A stretch of 56,409 nucleotides of DNA, filler included, from Catajapyx aquilonaris (GCA_000934665.2; 4 parts of 4 records of this genome joined end to end with filler, not necessarily neighbours in it); one strand, 5' to 3'; counted from the whole stretch's first letter, positions 12,150 to 23,697 are shown. The notes: a model not told the origin generated them from the letters alone. A program made the numbers and translations.

Positions 12150-12545
12150 TCAGCCCCTACAGTTCGTATACCCGTGCCAAAGGCAAGATTTTTGCCAAAT
12201 CAGTGCATGGCATGTGGCATATCTTTTTTTCATAATCCTGGGGTGGCCTCAAAGGTGGTGACGGAGGCCACCCAGTTAGACGTGTACTGTAGGATGGCAC
12301 TTTGGTTACCGAAAGGTAGCTACCTCTGCGCCTCGCATGTTAGACCGGATGGCATGTTGAAGGTTGGAGTGACCTTTGATGGGGACGTGGAAGCTGACCA
12401 GACAGAACTGTCTGTGGATGAAGCTTCTCGTCTCTTCGCTGCACTCCCTGGATACACCAGGACTGTTGCTTCAACAACCTCCCGTATCCACTTTGACGAT
12501 GATTCACTGTCTGATGGTGATGTGCATTCAATGACGGGTTTGGGA
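12150..12545 (+). mobile_element. N-terminal fragment of an ISL2EU/PIF-like transposase
   Basis: CMAC...LWLPKGSYLCASH followed by IHFDDDSLSDGDVHSMTGL, a pattern I associate with the region upstream of the HTH/DDE domains in this group. The catalytic domain is absent. Confidence 0.45.
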
Positions 12546-12796
12546 ACAACGGGTTGCACCAGGGGAAGCATACTGGCAAGATGTTCGACACGGAGAGGAT
12601 GATACTTTCCTTGCAAGAACGGATAGTACTTTGGAAGACAGACGAAAAGGTATACGGCCATCGTGAAGCCAAGAGGAAGGCCCAATGTTCTCGCTCCCTT
12701 CCTTTTCTTTTCTTGGGGCGCGCAGCGACAGCAATGCAGACCAACTCGAGCACGTCCGTCTTCTCTGGCATCTTCTGGTGTGCTGAGCGTGATCTG

Positions 12797-12902
12797 CGTT
12801 CACACATGTCGCAGCGTTTTTGTCGCGGGAGAAAACGCCTAGTGTGAACCTCGTCAGGCGTCAGCGACGAAAACGCGGCAACAAAGTGTGAACCCAGCCT
12901 AA
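12797..12902. mobile_element. PIF/Harbinger-type element terminus
   Basis: Ends GTGTGAACCCAGCC-TAA (reverse complement GGCTGGGTTCACAC) with internal repeats of gtgtgaac / gttcacac. Confidence 0.5.
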
Positions 12903-14019
12903 CGAACGGCGCCTCCAAATCTGCGAAGTTCCGTTGGTGGGGGNAACGGGGACCAACGAAGCACTGACGATTGGCATTTTTAAAAATGCAATTTGTGATG
13001 GTGGGGGGGCCAACTTAACGGACGTAAGTCCACAGATGCGTATACAGGGTGAGGCAAGATCTCAGAATGTTCGAACATGAGATTTCTAACAAAACTTGGT
13101 AATTCAGAGACAATAATTATAGGCATCGAACGACAATGGTCAGTCAGAAAGTATGTTTCTTAATACCAGATCTCCTGATCAATGGGCCGATTACTCCAGA
13201 GGCTCCAGAGGGCGATTACTTTATTTTTTTATGTTTCAAAATTACAATTATTTCTGTCTTTCTCCCCTCTTCCCTTTCTACTAATAAAGACTTTATAAAA
13301 TCACTATAATAGTAAAATAATAAGATTAAATGAATCAGCATGTAACTTGTCTAGATCAGTGTCCTCATAATGTGTCACTAAAAAATTGTAACCCGAGTAG
13401 GGGCAACTCCCCCCCCAGAAATAGGTATGTACCTAAAGCAAAAAGGTAAATAAATAAATAAAATATTTAAAAATGTGACTTCTCTCCACCACCACCTGAG
13501 GCGCTGCATCTACATCCCTCGTAGCAAGTGGCCGTGATTAGTCAGTACACTGATGGCGAGGCAATAATCGCACGCGTAAGGTAAGCATCGGATGCTCAGT
13601 GTGATCGACATTAGCGTCATCTTCGCGCGTCAGAGGGAGATTGGCGTCTGGTAAGAGAGGGAGCAAAGGGAGTACCTTCTTGTAGTATCCATCCCCATCG
13701 TAGTCCGCATCATGCAGCGAAGTTGGGTCACTACTTTTGCATCAGGTTGAGAAAATAAGCCAGGGTTACCTCATGTCGTCTCTCATAGTTACGCATAAAG
13801 GGAGGCAATCCCATAGTCGGATGGCTACCGCAGGGAGGCTTTTTTTTTTCTTTTCTTTTCTTTTCACGATGGCGGACGAAAGGCAAGGGGGAGGAATAGG
13901 AATAGGTCTGGAGGGATAGGCACAATTTTAAAATATGGTCGTGTCATTTTGGAAGTGACCTGGAGGGCTGGGGACAGGGGGTAAGGGCGGGCTGCATGGC
14001 GTGAGGATGAGGGCAGTGA

Positions 14020-14119
14020 NNNNNNNNNNNNNNNNNNNNNNNNNNNNNNNNNNNNNNNNNNNNTTAATTAATTAANNNNNNNNNNNNNNNNNNNNNNNNN
14101 NNNNNNNNNNNNNNNNNNN
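14020..14119. other. Artificial contig linker
   Basis: N44-TTAATTAATTAA-N44; a stop-in-all-frames spacer. Confidence 0.98.
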
Positions 14120-16343
14120 TGATCTTGCTCTGAGATGCTGCGAGTCCAATGGGCTGGTGGTGACGGGACGAGCAGCTGGAAGACGACGAGCACGACGATG
14201 ATGGTCGGGAAATGTCCCGCACTGATGTAGCCCTTGGTGTGGCAGCCGAATCGAAGCTCAGGAGACGTGCAGCAGGTCGTACCACTTCAGGCAGTGCATT
14301 AGTCGGGGTCTTCTCCAGCGTTTTGTCTGACATTTCCAGGCTCGTTGATTGAGGTGTGGCATTTGGCATATCAGCCCGAAGATGCACGACGGCCAGTTCA
14401 GACTGGGTGCCTGTCAGAGTGATGCAAACGTTTCCGGATGAAGGCAGATGAGATCCGTCACATGTTACGCCAAACGAGGCTGAATTGGTCAGAAGCAACT
14501 GAGGCGATTGTGACAGCTGGAAAGCCTCGGATGATTCCGATCGGATGCGCATCTCCATCGGAACGGCTGCTTTGCACTTCTTCGTTACGGTAAATGTGCT
14601 GTGCTTCACATTTCCTTTGGCGACGACTCCAAAGTCGACGTCACTCACTGAAATTACCGGCTCCTCTGACTCCAGCACGACTTCAACTGTCGAATGGTCC
14701 AGCCCACAGCTGCTGCCACTTATGCCCTTAGCGTCAACATTAATCTTCATCACCAAGTGTCCAGCCAACCTCGGCACAACCGTCACCTCCAACACTTCCT
14801 TCTTGTTCGGCTCGACAACAATAGAGTGCTTCGACTCCACCTTGACGTCTCGAGCTCCCCGTTGTCGTCCATCAACCATCAGTGATGCGAGGGATGCGTC
14901 GTATCGAAGCAGCCTGTGTGTCTGGTTGTGAACTGGAACCGTCACAAGCACTTCGACGCCAACGAGAGCAAGCGGATCGTACTTGAGTGGCTGAGACTTG
15001 GGCTGCGCTGGAGTGGACGTGTACATCTCGCACTTATTCCGCAGCTTTTGAAGCTCGTCCATCACGTTTTGAACTAACGAGTTTGGTGACTGGCTTAACG
15101 AAGCGCTTGCAAGCCACCGGTCAATTGCAGTCAGATTAATCCCATCCTGCGAACAAAACGGCGCACAATTCAATGCAGGTCATAATTTGGAAAAAGACGT
15201 TAATTACATGTGGCATGCTGCAATCAAGTTGGGCTTCGGTCGGCTTCTCAATACCAGACACTGACAGCTGGGACGATTCGGCAGGTTTCGGTGTGATCTG
15301 GAGGTCTGGAAGGTTGACTATGCTGCTTCGCATCGATCCAAACGACGGCTGAAATATGACCAATAGTAGTTAATGCGACTGGTTTTTTTAAATAAAATTG
15401 CGCTCAACCGCTCACCCTTGAAGTGTCGTCTCTCCCTTCAAGCGATCCAAGTGGTGCGCTACCTTGCCTAAAAAATCTGTCCATCTCAGACAATGACCAC
15501 TGTTTGGAACTGCAGATAAAAAGGTCTGTAATGTTTCTCGACTTTGCTTAAATTTGAATGACTTGCCTGTGCGTCGACAGCTGGGATCCGTCTTCAGCCG
15601 TTTTGTTCATATCAAAAAGAGCCTTGCCGTCTACCGGAATGAAAGAAGCGCCCTCCGCTTGAGGTTCTCCGCTAATAAGTAAATGACAATTAGCAAACAA
15701 TTTCCAGCAAAGTGACGGAGCTCACCTGAAGCTGTTGCTGGGTCCGGCCCCGCTTAATCCAAGCCACGCATCGTCTTCTTGTACCTCCGAAGCAGCACCA
15801 TTTGGAAGAGACGTTGACCTTCCCAAAATCTGGTCCTGGCTGAAAGATACCTAAAAACATACAAATTGTAGCAAATAAAACTCATCGCAATCGCGTTCTC
15901 TACTTTTCTTGTGATTACCTTGCCCAATTCGGACACATCGTCAAGCGTTTCTGGTGTCGAATCTTCAAATGAACTTCCGACCTCAGATTTCCTGAAGTAG
16001 AGGGACGGTAGCCTCGACTCTTCAGACTGCGGTTCTTCCCCGTTAGTCGCATCCAGCCGATTCTCTTCAAGGCTTAGCTGCTCCTCTGCAAAAATAATAA
16101 TAATATCGTAACGTACATTATGTTTCCAGCATGTCAACTCACTTGAGATGAAGCTATCGGATAGTAATCCAAGTGACGACTTCTGCGATCCGGACTCATT
16201 CACCTCCTGCGAACCAAGTACAAATTATTGCGCCGCCAGTTTCACATGACCTTTTAACGACTCACGTTGTCATCGAGCAGATCCAGTATGCTCTTCAGCC
16301 TAAGACTAAGCCGCTGCGCACCATCCGACATCTGCCCTTCCAT
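14120..16343 (-). CDS. CEP192: Probable centrosomal protein CEP192/Spd-2 orthologue, 5' part (3' end cut by contig edge)
   Basis: Eight in-frame exons, approx. 16343-16266, 16207-16144, 16085-15919, 15851-15727, 15672-15567, 15509-15416, 15348-15208, 15147-14120, separated by ~55-70-nt introns. Acidic Ser-rich N-terminus with SLYFRKSE and FFRQGSAPLG..RPSFG..RS motifs, then ASH/PapD-like beta domains (ISVSDVDFGVVAKGNVKHSTFTV). It ends at IGLAASQSKI where another ASH repeat would start. Confidence 0.65.
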
Positions 16344-16633
16344 TCTTTTTCTTGTACTGTTCAAAAAATGATGATTACCCAAAAAAAACACCTATACCAT
16401 AAATTATAATCCAATAAATGAGAATAAAAAATGCTGACAGCAGAAGCAAAAACCGTTTTTTCCCCCCCAACATGACTAAATTACCAGTGCCCTCCAGGAA
16501 TTCAATATGCAGCAGTCAGGTCAAATGGTCATCAAAGGTCAGCCCTTAAAATCCGTGTGCCCTGATCGAAGGTTAGAACTTGAATAAAACCGAACTCAAC
16601 GAAAGCAAGTCAAATTCGAACGTTTTCTTTTCC

Positions 16634-16732
16634 GGCGGCCATCTTTAAAAAAAAGAAAAGAAAAAAAGGAAAAAAAAAAGCCGGCTTTTCATCGGAATAT
16701 CGATGTATCGGCGATATATCGGAATATCGATA
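16634..16732 (-). promoter_or_regulatory. Housekeeping/proliferation-type promoter: YY1-like and DRE motifs
   Basis: GGCGGCCATCTT at 16634-16645, TATCGATG at 16698-16705 and a perfect DRE TATCGATA at 16725-16732, all upstream of the CEP192-like gene. Confidence 0.6.
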
Positions 16733-16997
16733 TTGGCATAATAATAATTTTTATTGGAAGTTGTTCCTGATAATTTATTTTATTTGAATATAAATGAAAC
16801 TGAGTTTTTCATATATAAAAAATTGGCTCCTTTAATACTTTGAGGATATTAACTTTCTCCGGTAGTCTTGGGTCCTGCCTTTACTAGTAGATCACAAGTT
16901 CTTCGTGTCCTGATCAAAATTGAATCTCAGTGAATTATAAAAATTAAATTTTGCAGATATGAAGTGAAGTCACTGAAGCTGGTTTTACGCAACGAAT

Positions 16998-18615
16998 TTA
17001 TTCCTCTCTGTGAGTGGCTGCGTAGACAGAGGCCCCGAAAGCTAGTGACTGGAAACAAGAGAAGAAACTATTATTAGTCATATATCCAAGCTGAATTTAA
17101 TATTGTATGTGTATATACATATATATTATATATATATATATATATGTATGTATATATACTATATATGCTTCAGAGTTTTAATTACCATGACGAAAGCCAG
17201 AGATAAGACAAGTCCTCCAATGACTGGGCTGGACTTGTCCATCACACTAATTACTCGTTTGTAGCAACCTTCCGTGTACGTAGACTCCTGCTGGTGACTG
17301 GTCTCGCAGCTGTACAGCTCATGCTAGTATATAATCAAGCAGGCCAATTAAATGCACATACTCGAAAAAAAAATCCATTTGTGCACTACAAAAAAAAAAA
17401 AAACACACGCGACTGTTGTGCTTTTACATATAGATTTATAATATGCTAATGTTAATCGTCTATATTTTTTCGCACCTTTGTCGAATTGACGTTCTTCCTG
17501 CAGCATGATGAAGGAACCCGGGTTTCGTTGAAAATTATGTGCCACTCAGTGAACCTCTTGGTACCACAGCATCCCAACTGAAAGGTCACAATTGGATAAA
17601 ATAATTGGTGGCATTAACCCCTAAAATAGTTACCGCGACTTTTTAAATTCATTAGTTAATTAGCTAGCAAATCATTACGTCGCACTTAAGGGACGGAAGC
17701 CACGCAAGTGTAAAAAAACGTTTTGAATCTTACATACTGTAGTCTATATATCTAAAGCAGATAGTTTGTCTGTATGTCCGGGCTATAACCTAGTAGCCCA
17801 CTTCCGGACCACTGAGAGTATACTGACACTTGGCATACACGGATGGCTTACTTGCTGCTGTTTGATGACAAAGTCCGAAAGCAGCAGCACTTTTTTTTGG
17901 AGTCTAAACACCAAAAATGTATTGCATATAATTATAAGATCAGTGATCCTTACATAGTCCTGCGCGTTGTCCCAATCGGCTTTTGTATGGCTGTTGTAGT
18001 CCGCCATGGATATGTTCATGTGTTGACGGCTTTCTTCGCTCAGTTTACCAGGCGCCTTCAGTACCATGAGACCGCCGATGACAGACAGGATCGCAGTGAC
18101 CAACACCAAAGCAGAAAACTATATAATAAAGAGTGGGACAATTATTTTCAACACTATAATATTGAACCAACCAGCTCTTTATTGATAAGACATACATACC
18201 TGGTGCAGAAGCCACGCCTTGTCCACTTTGACGCTGACCACTCCCAGGATCGCAATGAAAACCGCGAATCCTTGTGACACCAGAATCACGTTGATTGCAT
18301 TGCTGTAAAGGTCCCACTTCAGCAAGTTCTCCGCAGACCTCACGTGCGCCAAAACCATCACGCAATAAATAATTGCTCCTGCTGCTCCAATCTGTTCGGG
18401 GGGAGGGGGGGGGGGGGNNGGGGGAATTATATAAAGTTTTTACGTCACTAATTAAAAATTGATCATAATCGAGTACAGGCCACATCGTGATGTGTAGCCG
18501 AAATTAATAATATTACAAAAATTCTTACCACAATCAGACCATTACTTGCGAATAATAGATTCCTTATATTTTCTCGTGTGTTGTAGTACGCGTTATGGTC
18601 TCTTGAGTTCATCAT
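16998..18615 (-). CDS. Tetraspanin A (6 exons, 6-Cys EC2)
   Basis: MMNSRDH..LLFASNGLIV | IGAAGAIIYC..LLHQ | FSALV..WDNAQDY | LGCCGTK..PSSCCRK | HELYSC..EGCYKR..FVM | SLAFGAS..HREE*. GT-AG introns; CCG, PxxCC and GC motifs. Confidence 0.85.
17105..17167. repeat. (TA)n/(TG)-type microsatellite in an intron of tetraspanin A
   Basis: Direct reading of an imperfect TA run. Confidence 0.8.
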
Positions 18616-19112
18616 ATTATTTTAACTTCTTGGCTGCTACAAATATCACACGTCACATCCTGTTTTTCTATCATCTTCTTTGCCAAAAAAATATATATAA
18701 TAATTCTGGGGACGTTTATCCTCAAGAAATTCCCCCATCTCTTCGGTTACGCCCCAATTGTTAAAAACATAACCACCAAACAAATTCTTTATTTTTTGTA
18801 ATATAATTTTTGGCTAAAGTTTTCTCGTAGGTTCCGGAATAAAAAAACTCAGTTGAGATAAACGTAGCAAGAGATGAATATGCCGAGCATCTGAAATAGA
18901 AAAAAATCGTTCAGGACCTATACGCATTACAACCAAGTGCGCAGCCACACTCGCGCAGCTCCATTGTTCTGACAGCACCATTGCCAGAATGACTCTTAAA
19001 AACTTATTCACACCCTTTGAGGTTCGGCAACGTAGCAAACGTTTCCCCCCCCCCCCNCCCCCCCCCCCCCCGAAGCATAGCCTTGGAAATAAGTGCACAC
19101 CCACTATACTAT

Positions 19113-20306
19113 TCATAATGACAACCGTGCAAGCTGCGCGAACTGTGGTGCGCACTCGGTTGCGTTTGTATTTTTAAAAAAATTGCCGTTAACTACCAGT
19201 GAGATGATGAGAATGAAGCTGATTGTGACCAAGAATGCCTCGCTCTTCTTGAAGTGACGTTTGATCTTGTCGTAGCAGCCGTCGTTGAAGGTGTTGTTTT
19301 TCGTCGGGTCCTCCATGCAAAGGGTCTGGTGCTGTTCAGAGCCGCAGAAGTCCTGCGCCACGAAAATTATATGACTTATATTAACAACTGTACACACACA
19401 CACAAAAATTAGTCCAGAAATAATATAATTATATAAAAAATGTATGCCTACAATAGTGTCGGTGCAGCAGGATTGTGGCAACTTGGAATCTTTCAGCTTT
19501 CCTATCCATTCATCTGAACTTTTCACTCCGCAGCACTGCAACTGCAACAATAATGTGCAATCATATATATTATTAGTAGCCTACATGCGACAATAATGTC
19601 CAACCAAAATGTCGTACCGTTTTCTGCATGTCATCCCAAGCCACCTTGATCACCTTGTTGCTCTCGTATTTCCCCATGGATTCCATCAGCGCGGACTCCA
19701 AAGTTTTGGACATTTCGGAAGTATTCTTGTATATCAAGGCGGTGCCTATAATGACCACGGACAAGATGGTCACAAGCCACGCCAGGTACTGGGGGGAAAA
19801 AGGGGGGTCAGTATCGTTGATCTTTACTACGCAACGAAAAGTAAAGATCATCCGTTTGTCGGCTGATCTTTACTACGCGACGAAGTGTCGTGGCGGTGGA
19901 GAGCCAACGAACGTTATTGTGGCTCTGTTAGTAAAGATCATCCTTTGCTGACCTGCAGTACGAGACACTTTTGTTCGCAACAGGCTCCCACGAATCCGAT
20001 CAGAGCTACTGCAACTGAGAATCCTGCTGCTCCAGCTACTACGTAAACTGCGGTTATGAACAGCTGCTTGTCCACGAGGTGGTCCAGTCGCGGACTCTGT
20101 AAGATCACTACGGCGCAGAAGCCCACCACGGCACCAGCGGTGACCTGCAACAACAATGGTAGATGTCACTTATACACAAACACCTATAGACTTATGAGAA
20201 CGGGATGACTCACGATGATGAAAAAGTTGGACACGAAGAGAAACATCCTCATCACCTTGTACATCTTTCCCTCGTTGGCATGTTCGACCCCAGGATCAGG
20301 ACACAT
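19113..20306 (-). CDS. Tetraspanin B (3' end uncertain)
   Basis: MCPDPG..LFVSNFFII | VTAGAVVGFC..IGFVGACCEQKCLVLQ | YLAWL..WDDMQKT | LQCCGVK..PQSCCTDTI | DFCGS..LC..DGCYDK..ISL. The last exon is ambiguous; the stop at 19113 is taken from the ORF track. Confidence 0.85.
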
Positions 20307-20464
20307 CTTGACCTCCGACCTTTTATTTTTGTAGTCTGAAAATCACAGGAAATCTATGTAATTGAAATAAATCGGGTGTGATGAGACTTACTTTTTATTC
20401 CAATATATTAAAGGGACGGAGGTTTTCCCCCTCACCAGGATTTAGAGAATACAAACGAAAAGGC

Positions 20465-20487
20465 GTTGCCATGCGATCACAACAATG
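20465..20487. promoter_or_regulatory. X-box-like motif plus AACAATG upstream of tetraspanin B (divergent B/C intergenic region)
   Basis: GTTGCCATGCGAT-CAC-AACAATG. Confidence 0.45.
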
Positions 20488-20733
20488 CACAGTGTTGCCG
20501 TATAATTTGCCGCCATTATTATTATTATTATTCTAATGATTTAATTATCCTGGCCTGTTGGTGACCCTCAACACAGAAAAGGCTTGAGGGTAGCTCTGAA
20601 CAGTCAGGATGAAAAGTTTCTCTTCACTTTTTTGAGGGGAGGACACCCCGGCAAACTCTACTTTTCATTGTTGAATGTGGCAACAATTGTGAAATTCAAC
20701 AATGCCCCCCCCCCCCAAAAAAAAGTAGCACAG

Positions 20734-20758
20734 GTTGCCAAGCAAACGCGCAACAAAG
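20734..20758 (+). promoter_or_regulatory. X-box-like motif ~100 bp upstream of tetraspanin C
   Basis: GTTGCCAAGCAAAC-GCGC-AACAAAG. Confidence 0.45.
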
Positions 20759-20834
20759 GCTGTAAACGAATCAGTCTCGAATTCGGCGAAACCTCAAGAG
20801 GGCAAGGGGTTCAAAACAAATAACCCCTTCAAAA

Positions 20835-21948
20835 ATGTGCTGCTTAAAACTCTTGGTAAAATTGGGAGCGTACCTCACATACCTTGGATTACTGGTAAAT
20901 GAACGCGTTTTACTTGCTTTATATAATGAATCATTATAAAATTAAATCAAAAATATTTCGCAGGTAATGGCCGTGTTTTCCGGTGCTTTCGGGATGATGA
21001 CAATGGCCGAGCTGGTCTTCTTGACTCCTCTTGTTGGCAACACACTGTTCAGCATGTGCAAGATATTCGTGGCCCTCGGATCAGTCGTTGTCCTGTTGTC
21101 CGTGCTGGGAGCCTTCGCCACATACTCGGAAAAGAAGTGGTTCATCGCCATCGTGAGTTTGAATCTTATTGTTCTGAAGCTCAAATTATATAGCTTCGAA
21201 GAGACCACCTTCACTATATATTGAGGCTATTTTGAGCTTCATTCCTGCGACTGTGCAGAGAGTTTTAAAAAAGCATTGTTTTTTTTGCAGTTCTTCATGT
21301 CGATGCTGGTGTTGTTCCTGACTCTGGTCGCCGGTTCCATCTGGCTGTCTCGCAGCAACTGGGAGGTTCAAAAGGACATTGAGACTCGGATGAAGACCAG
21401 CTTCAGTCTGTATCCTACGGACGTGGAGCTGAAGCAATCCTGGGACAAAGTTCAGCTGCATGTGAGTACAGACATTGAGGAATTCATTCAGCTATTTCTA
21501 ATTGCACATTCGCAGATGCAATGCTGCGGGATTGACAGCTACAATGACTGGACAATGCTGATGATAACCGTTCCTGAGGAATGTGTTCCAGGAGAGGTCA
21601 GTTTGGGGTCAAAGTTCAATGCCAACTTGAATGTGTACTTTTGCAGATGTTTCAGCAGGGAGTGGACACTGTCAACACCACAAGTGTGGTCCAGGGGAAC
21701 CAGACCCAGAGCGTCGTCTACTACAAGGAAGGCTGCTTGCCCAAGACAAGCCGAGTCGTCCAGGCTCGATTGGACATCGCTTCAGGGATGGGGTTCGCCA
21801 TATGCTGTCTCTTTGTGAGGACAACAACTGCACCAGTGCGCATTACATCAGGGACATGAATAACAAACTGCATTTTCAGATGCTGGGGATGATCTTCTCT
21901 GGACTTCTCCTGCTCGAACTGAGCAATTTTGACGAGAGGGATCATTGA
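20835..21948 (+). CDS. Tetraspanin C (6 exons, 4-Cys EC2)
   Basis: MCCLKLL.. | VMAVFSG..FIAI | FFMSML..WDKVQLH | MQCCGIDSYNDW..PEECVPGE | MFQQ..YYKEGCL..CCLF | MLGMIFSG..ERDH*. GT-AG introns. Confidence 0.88.
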
Positions 21949-22164
21949 ACTTGGGCAATGCAGCTTTGTGAAGAAAAAAAGTGGACGCTTAAAAAAAATT
22001 TTAAACGTGAAACCAGCGTTTCAAAATGGCCAAGCGAATGGAAGGAATTTTCAGAGTACTTATTCACATCCAAATTTTTGGGGAAAGAAAAATAAATTGA
22101 ACAAGTATTATTTTCAAGGTAATTTTTATTATATTTCCAGCATTCGGTTTTATTGTTGGTTTAG

Positions 22165-22190
22165 GTTGCCGTGCGACGGACGCAACAATG
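22165..22190 (+). promoter_or_regulatory. X-box-like motif ~100 bp upstream of tetraspanin D
   Basis: GTTGCCGTGCGAC-GGACGC-AACAATG. Confidence 0.45.
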
Positions 22191-22264
22191 GAAAAAAAGT
22201 AACGGAAGCAATCGCGCATTAAAATAATTTTTCTTAAAAATTCGAACCAAATTTAGTGGCCAAA

Positions 22265-23448
22265 ATGTGCAGCGCTGAATTCCTAGGACTCTTAGGCATG
22301 CTCTTCACCGTCCTGGGTCTGTCGGTAAGAACTTCTTAAATGTTATGTTGTGTATATATTTTCTTCTTCTTCCATGTAAAGTGACAATGCAGTCCCAATT
22401 ACGCACAGATAGCTGGAGTTGTTTCATGCAATGTTGGAATGACTGCAATTGACTCTCTGGACTACTTGTCTCCACTGATTGGACACTCTTTGATCGGTGT
22501 TTATAAAATGTTTGCGGCCATTGGTGCTGTGGTCCTCCTCCTTTGTCTTCTAGGTCTTCTGCAATGCGGAGACTGGAGGAAACTCAGCAACGGGTTTCTC
22601 TCGCTTGTAAGTTAACATTGGATGCAATTTTTTTTAAAGCTATATATTAACATAATCTGTTGCAGTTCTTCATGGCGATGCTGGTGTTGTTCTTGTGTCT
22701 GATGGCCATTTCCTTCTGGTTGAGTCGCAGCCATTGGGAGGTTCGAAAGGACATAGAACGACGTATGAAAGCCAGTTTCGACCTATACGAAACAGACATA
22801 GAGCTGAAGAGATCGTGGGACAAATCACAGCTCAATGTATGTAGAATCCAAGCGTCTGAATATGTGATCTCATATTATTATCATTGGTATACAGATGCAG
22901 TGCTGTGGTATCGATAGTTACGAGGATTGGCTCACCATAATGGACACAGTTCCAGAGAATTGCGTATCAGGACAAGAATCGTTTCAGGACGACAACAGCA
23001 CTGGATTAGTTGGACAGACGAACCAAACAGACAGCCCTGGTTTAGTTGGACAGACGAACCAAACAGACAGCCTAGGATTAGTTGGACAGACGAACCAAAC
23101 AGACAGCCTAGGATTAGTTGGACAGACGAACCAAACAGACAGCCTAGGATTAGTTGGACAGACGAACCAAACAGACAGCCTAGGATTAGTTGGACAGACG
23201 AACCAAACAGACACCTACTACAAAGACGGCTGTTTGGTGAGAACGACTCGAGTGATGGAGATCTGGACCAACATAGCTCAGATGCTGGGAGTAAGCATCT
23301 GCTGCGTTCTGGTAAGACGTTATCAAGATGAATAACATAACGTAAACTGTAACATATAACACATTACTCCTGGTAGATTCTGGGAATGGCGTCTTCTGGA
23401 CTGCTTCTCAGCAGGTCAAGAAGTTCAAGATATTTACGAAATAGATAA
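22265..23448 (+). CDS. Tetraspanin D (5 exons; EC2 contains a 12-aa tandem repeat)
   Basis: MCSAEFLG.. | IAGVVSC..FLSL | FFMAML..WDKSQLN | MQCCGIDSYEDW..PENC..(repeat)..YYKDGCL..CCVL | ILGMASSG..LRNR*. Confidence 0.85.
23003..23215 (+). repeat. Coding tandem repeat, 6 x 36 bp (GLVGQTNQTDS[L/P])
   Basis: Unit ggattagttggacagacgaaccaaacagacagccta, near-identical copies, in frame within the tetraspanin D EC2 exon. Confidence 0.95.
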
Positions 23449-23683
23449 ACTGCTGCACGCAGGTCAGAACCAAAAGAAAAGTGATATCCCAATATTAAAT
23501 TGAGCAAAAAAAATATTGGAACACATATCACGGAAATGTTTTGAACAAACACACTATCTATTTAAATTTTTTGTAACATTTTTGTAGAGAAGGGTTGAAA
23601 CATCCGAAGCATAAAATCATCCAGTATTTTACTAACAGTAAGTGGAACTTACCTTCACATGTGTAAAAGCAATAAAGAAGTGT

Positions 23684-23697
23684 GTCGATATGGAAAC
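23684..23697 (-). promoter_or_regulatory. X-box-like motif ~100 bp upstream of tetraspanin E
   Basis: GTCGATATGGAAAC (reverse complement GTTTCCATATCGAC). Confidence 0.45.

Noticed and set aside
14020..14119. TTAATTAATTAA flanked by Ns as a biological motif (also 28136-28235, 42293-42392)
   Set aside because: An identical 100-nt construct appears three times at ~14-kb spacing, so it is an artificial linker. The stop of ORF 14064..15173 is created by it.
14545..14931. Plus-strand Ser/Thr-rich ORFs (mucin-like)
   Set aside because: Antisense shadows of the large CEP192-like exon.
23003..23215. 36-bp repeats as a CRISPR array
   Set aside because: Units are head-to-tail with no unique spacers, lie in frame inside a spliced eukaryotic exon, and there are no cas genes.
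22927..23331. Alternative-frame repeat proteins (ISWTDEPNRQPR)n and (LSVWFVCPTNPR)n
   Set aside because: Open only because the 36-bp unit lacks stops in those frames; the tetraspanin frame is fixed by the flanking CCG and GC motifs.
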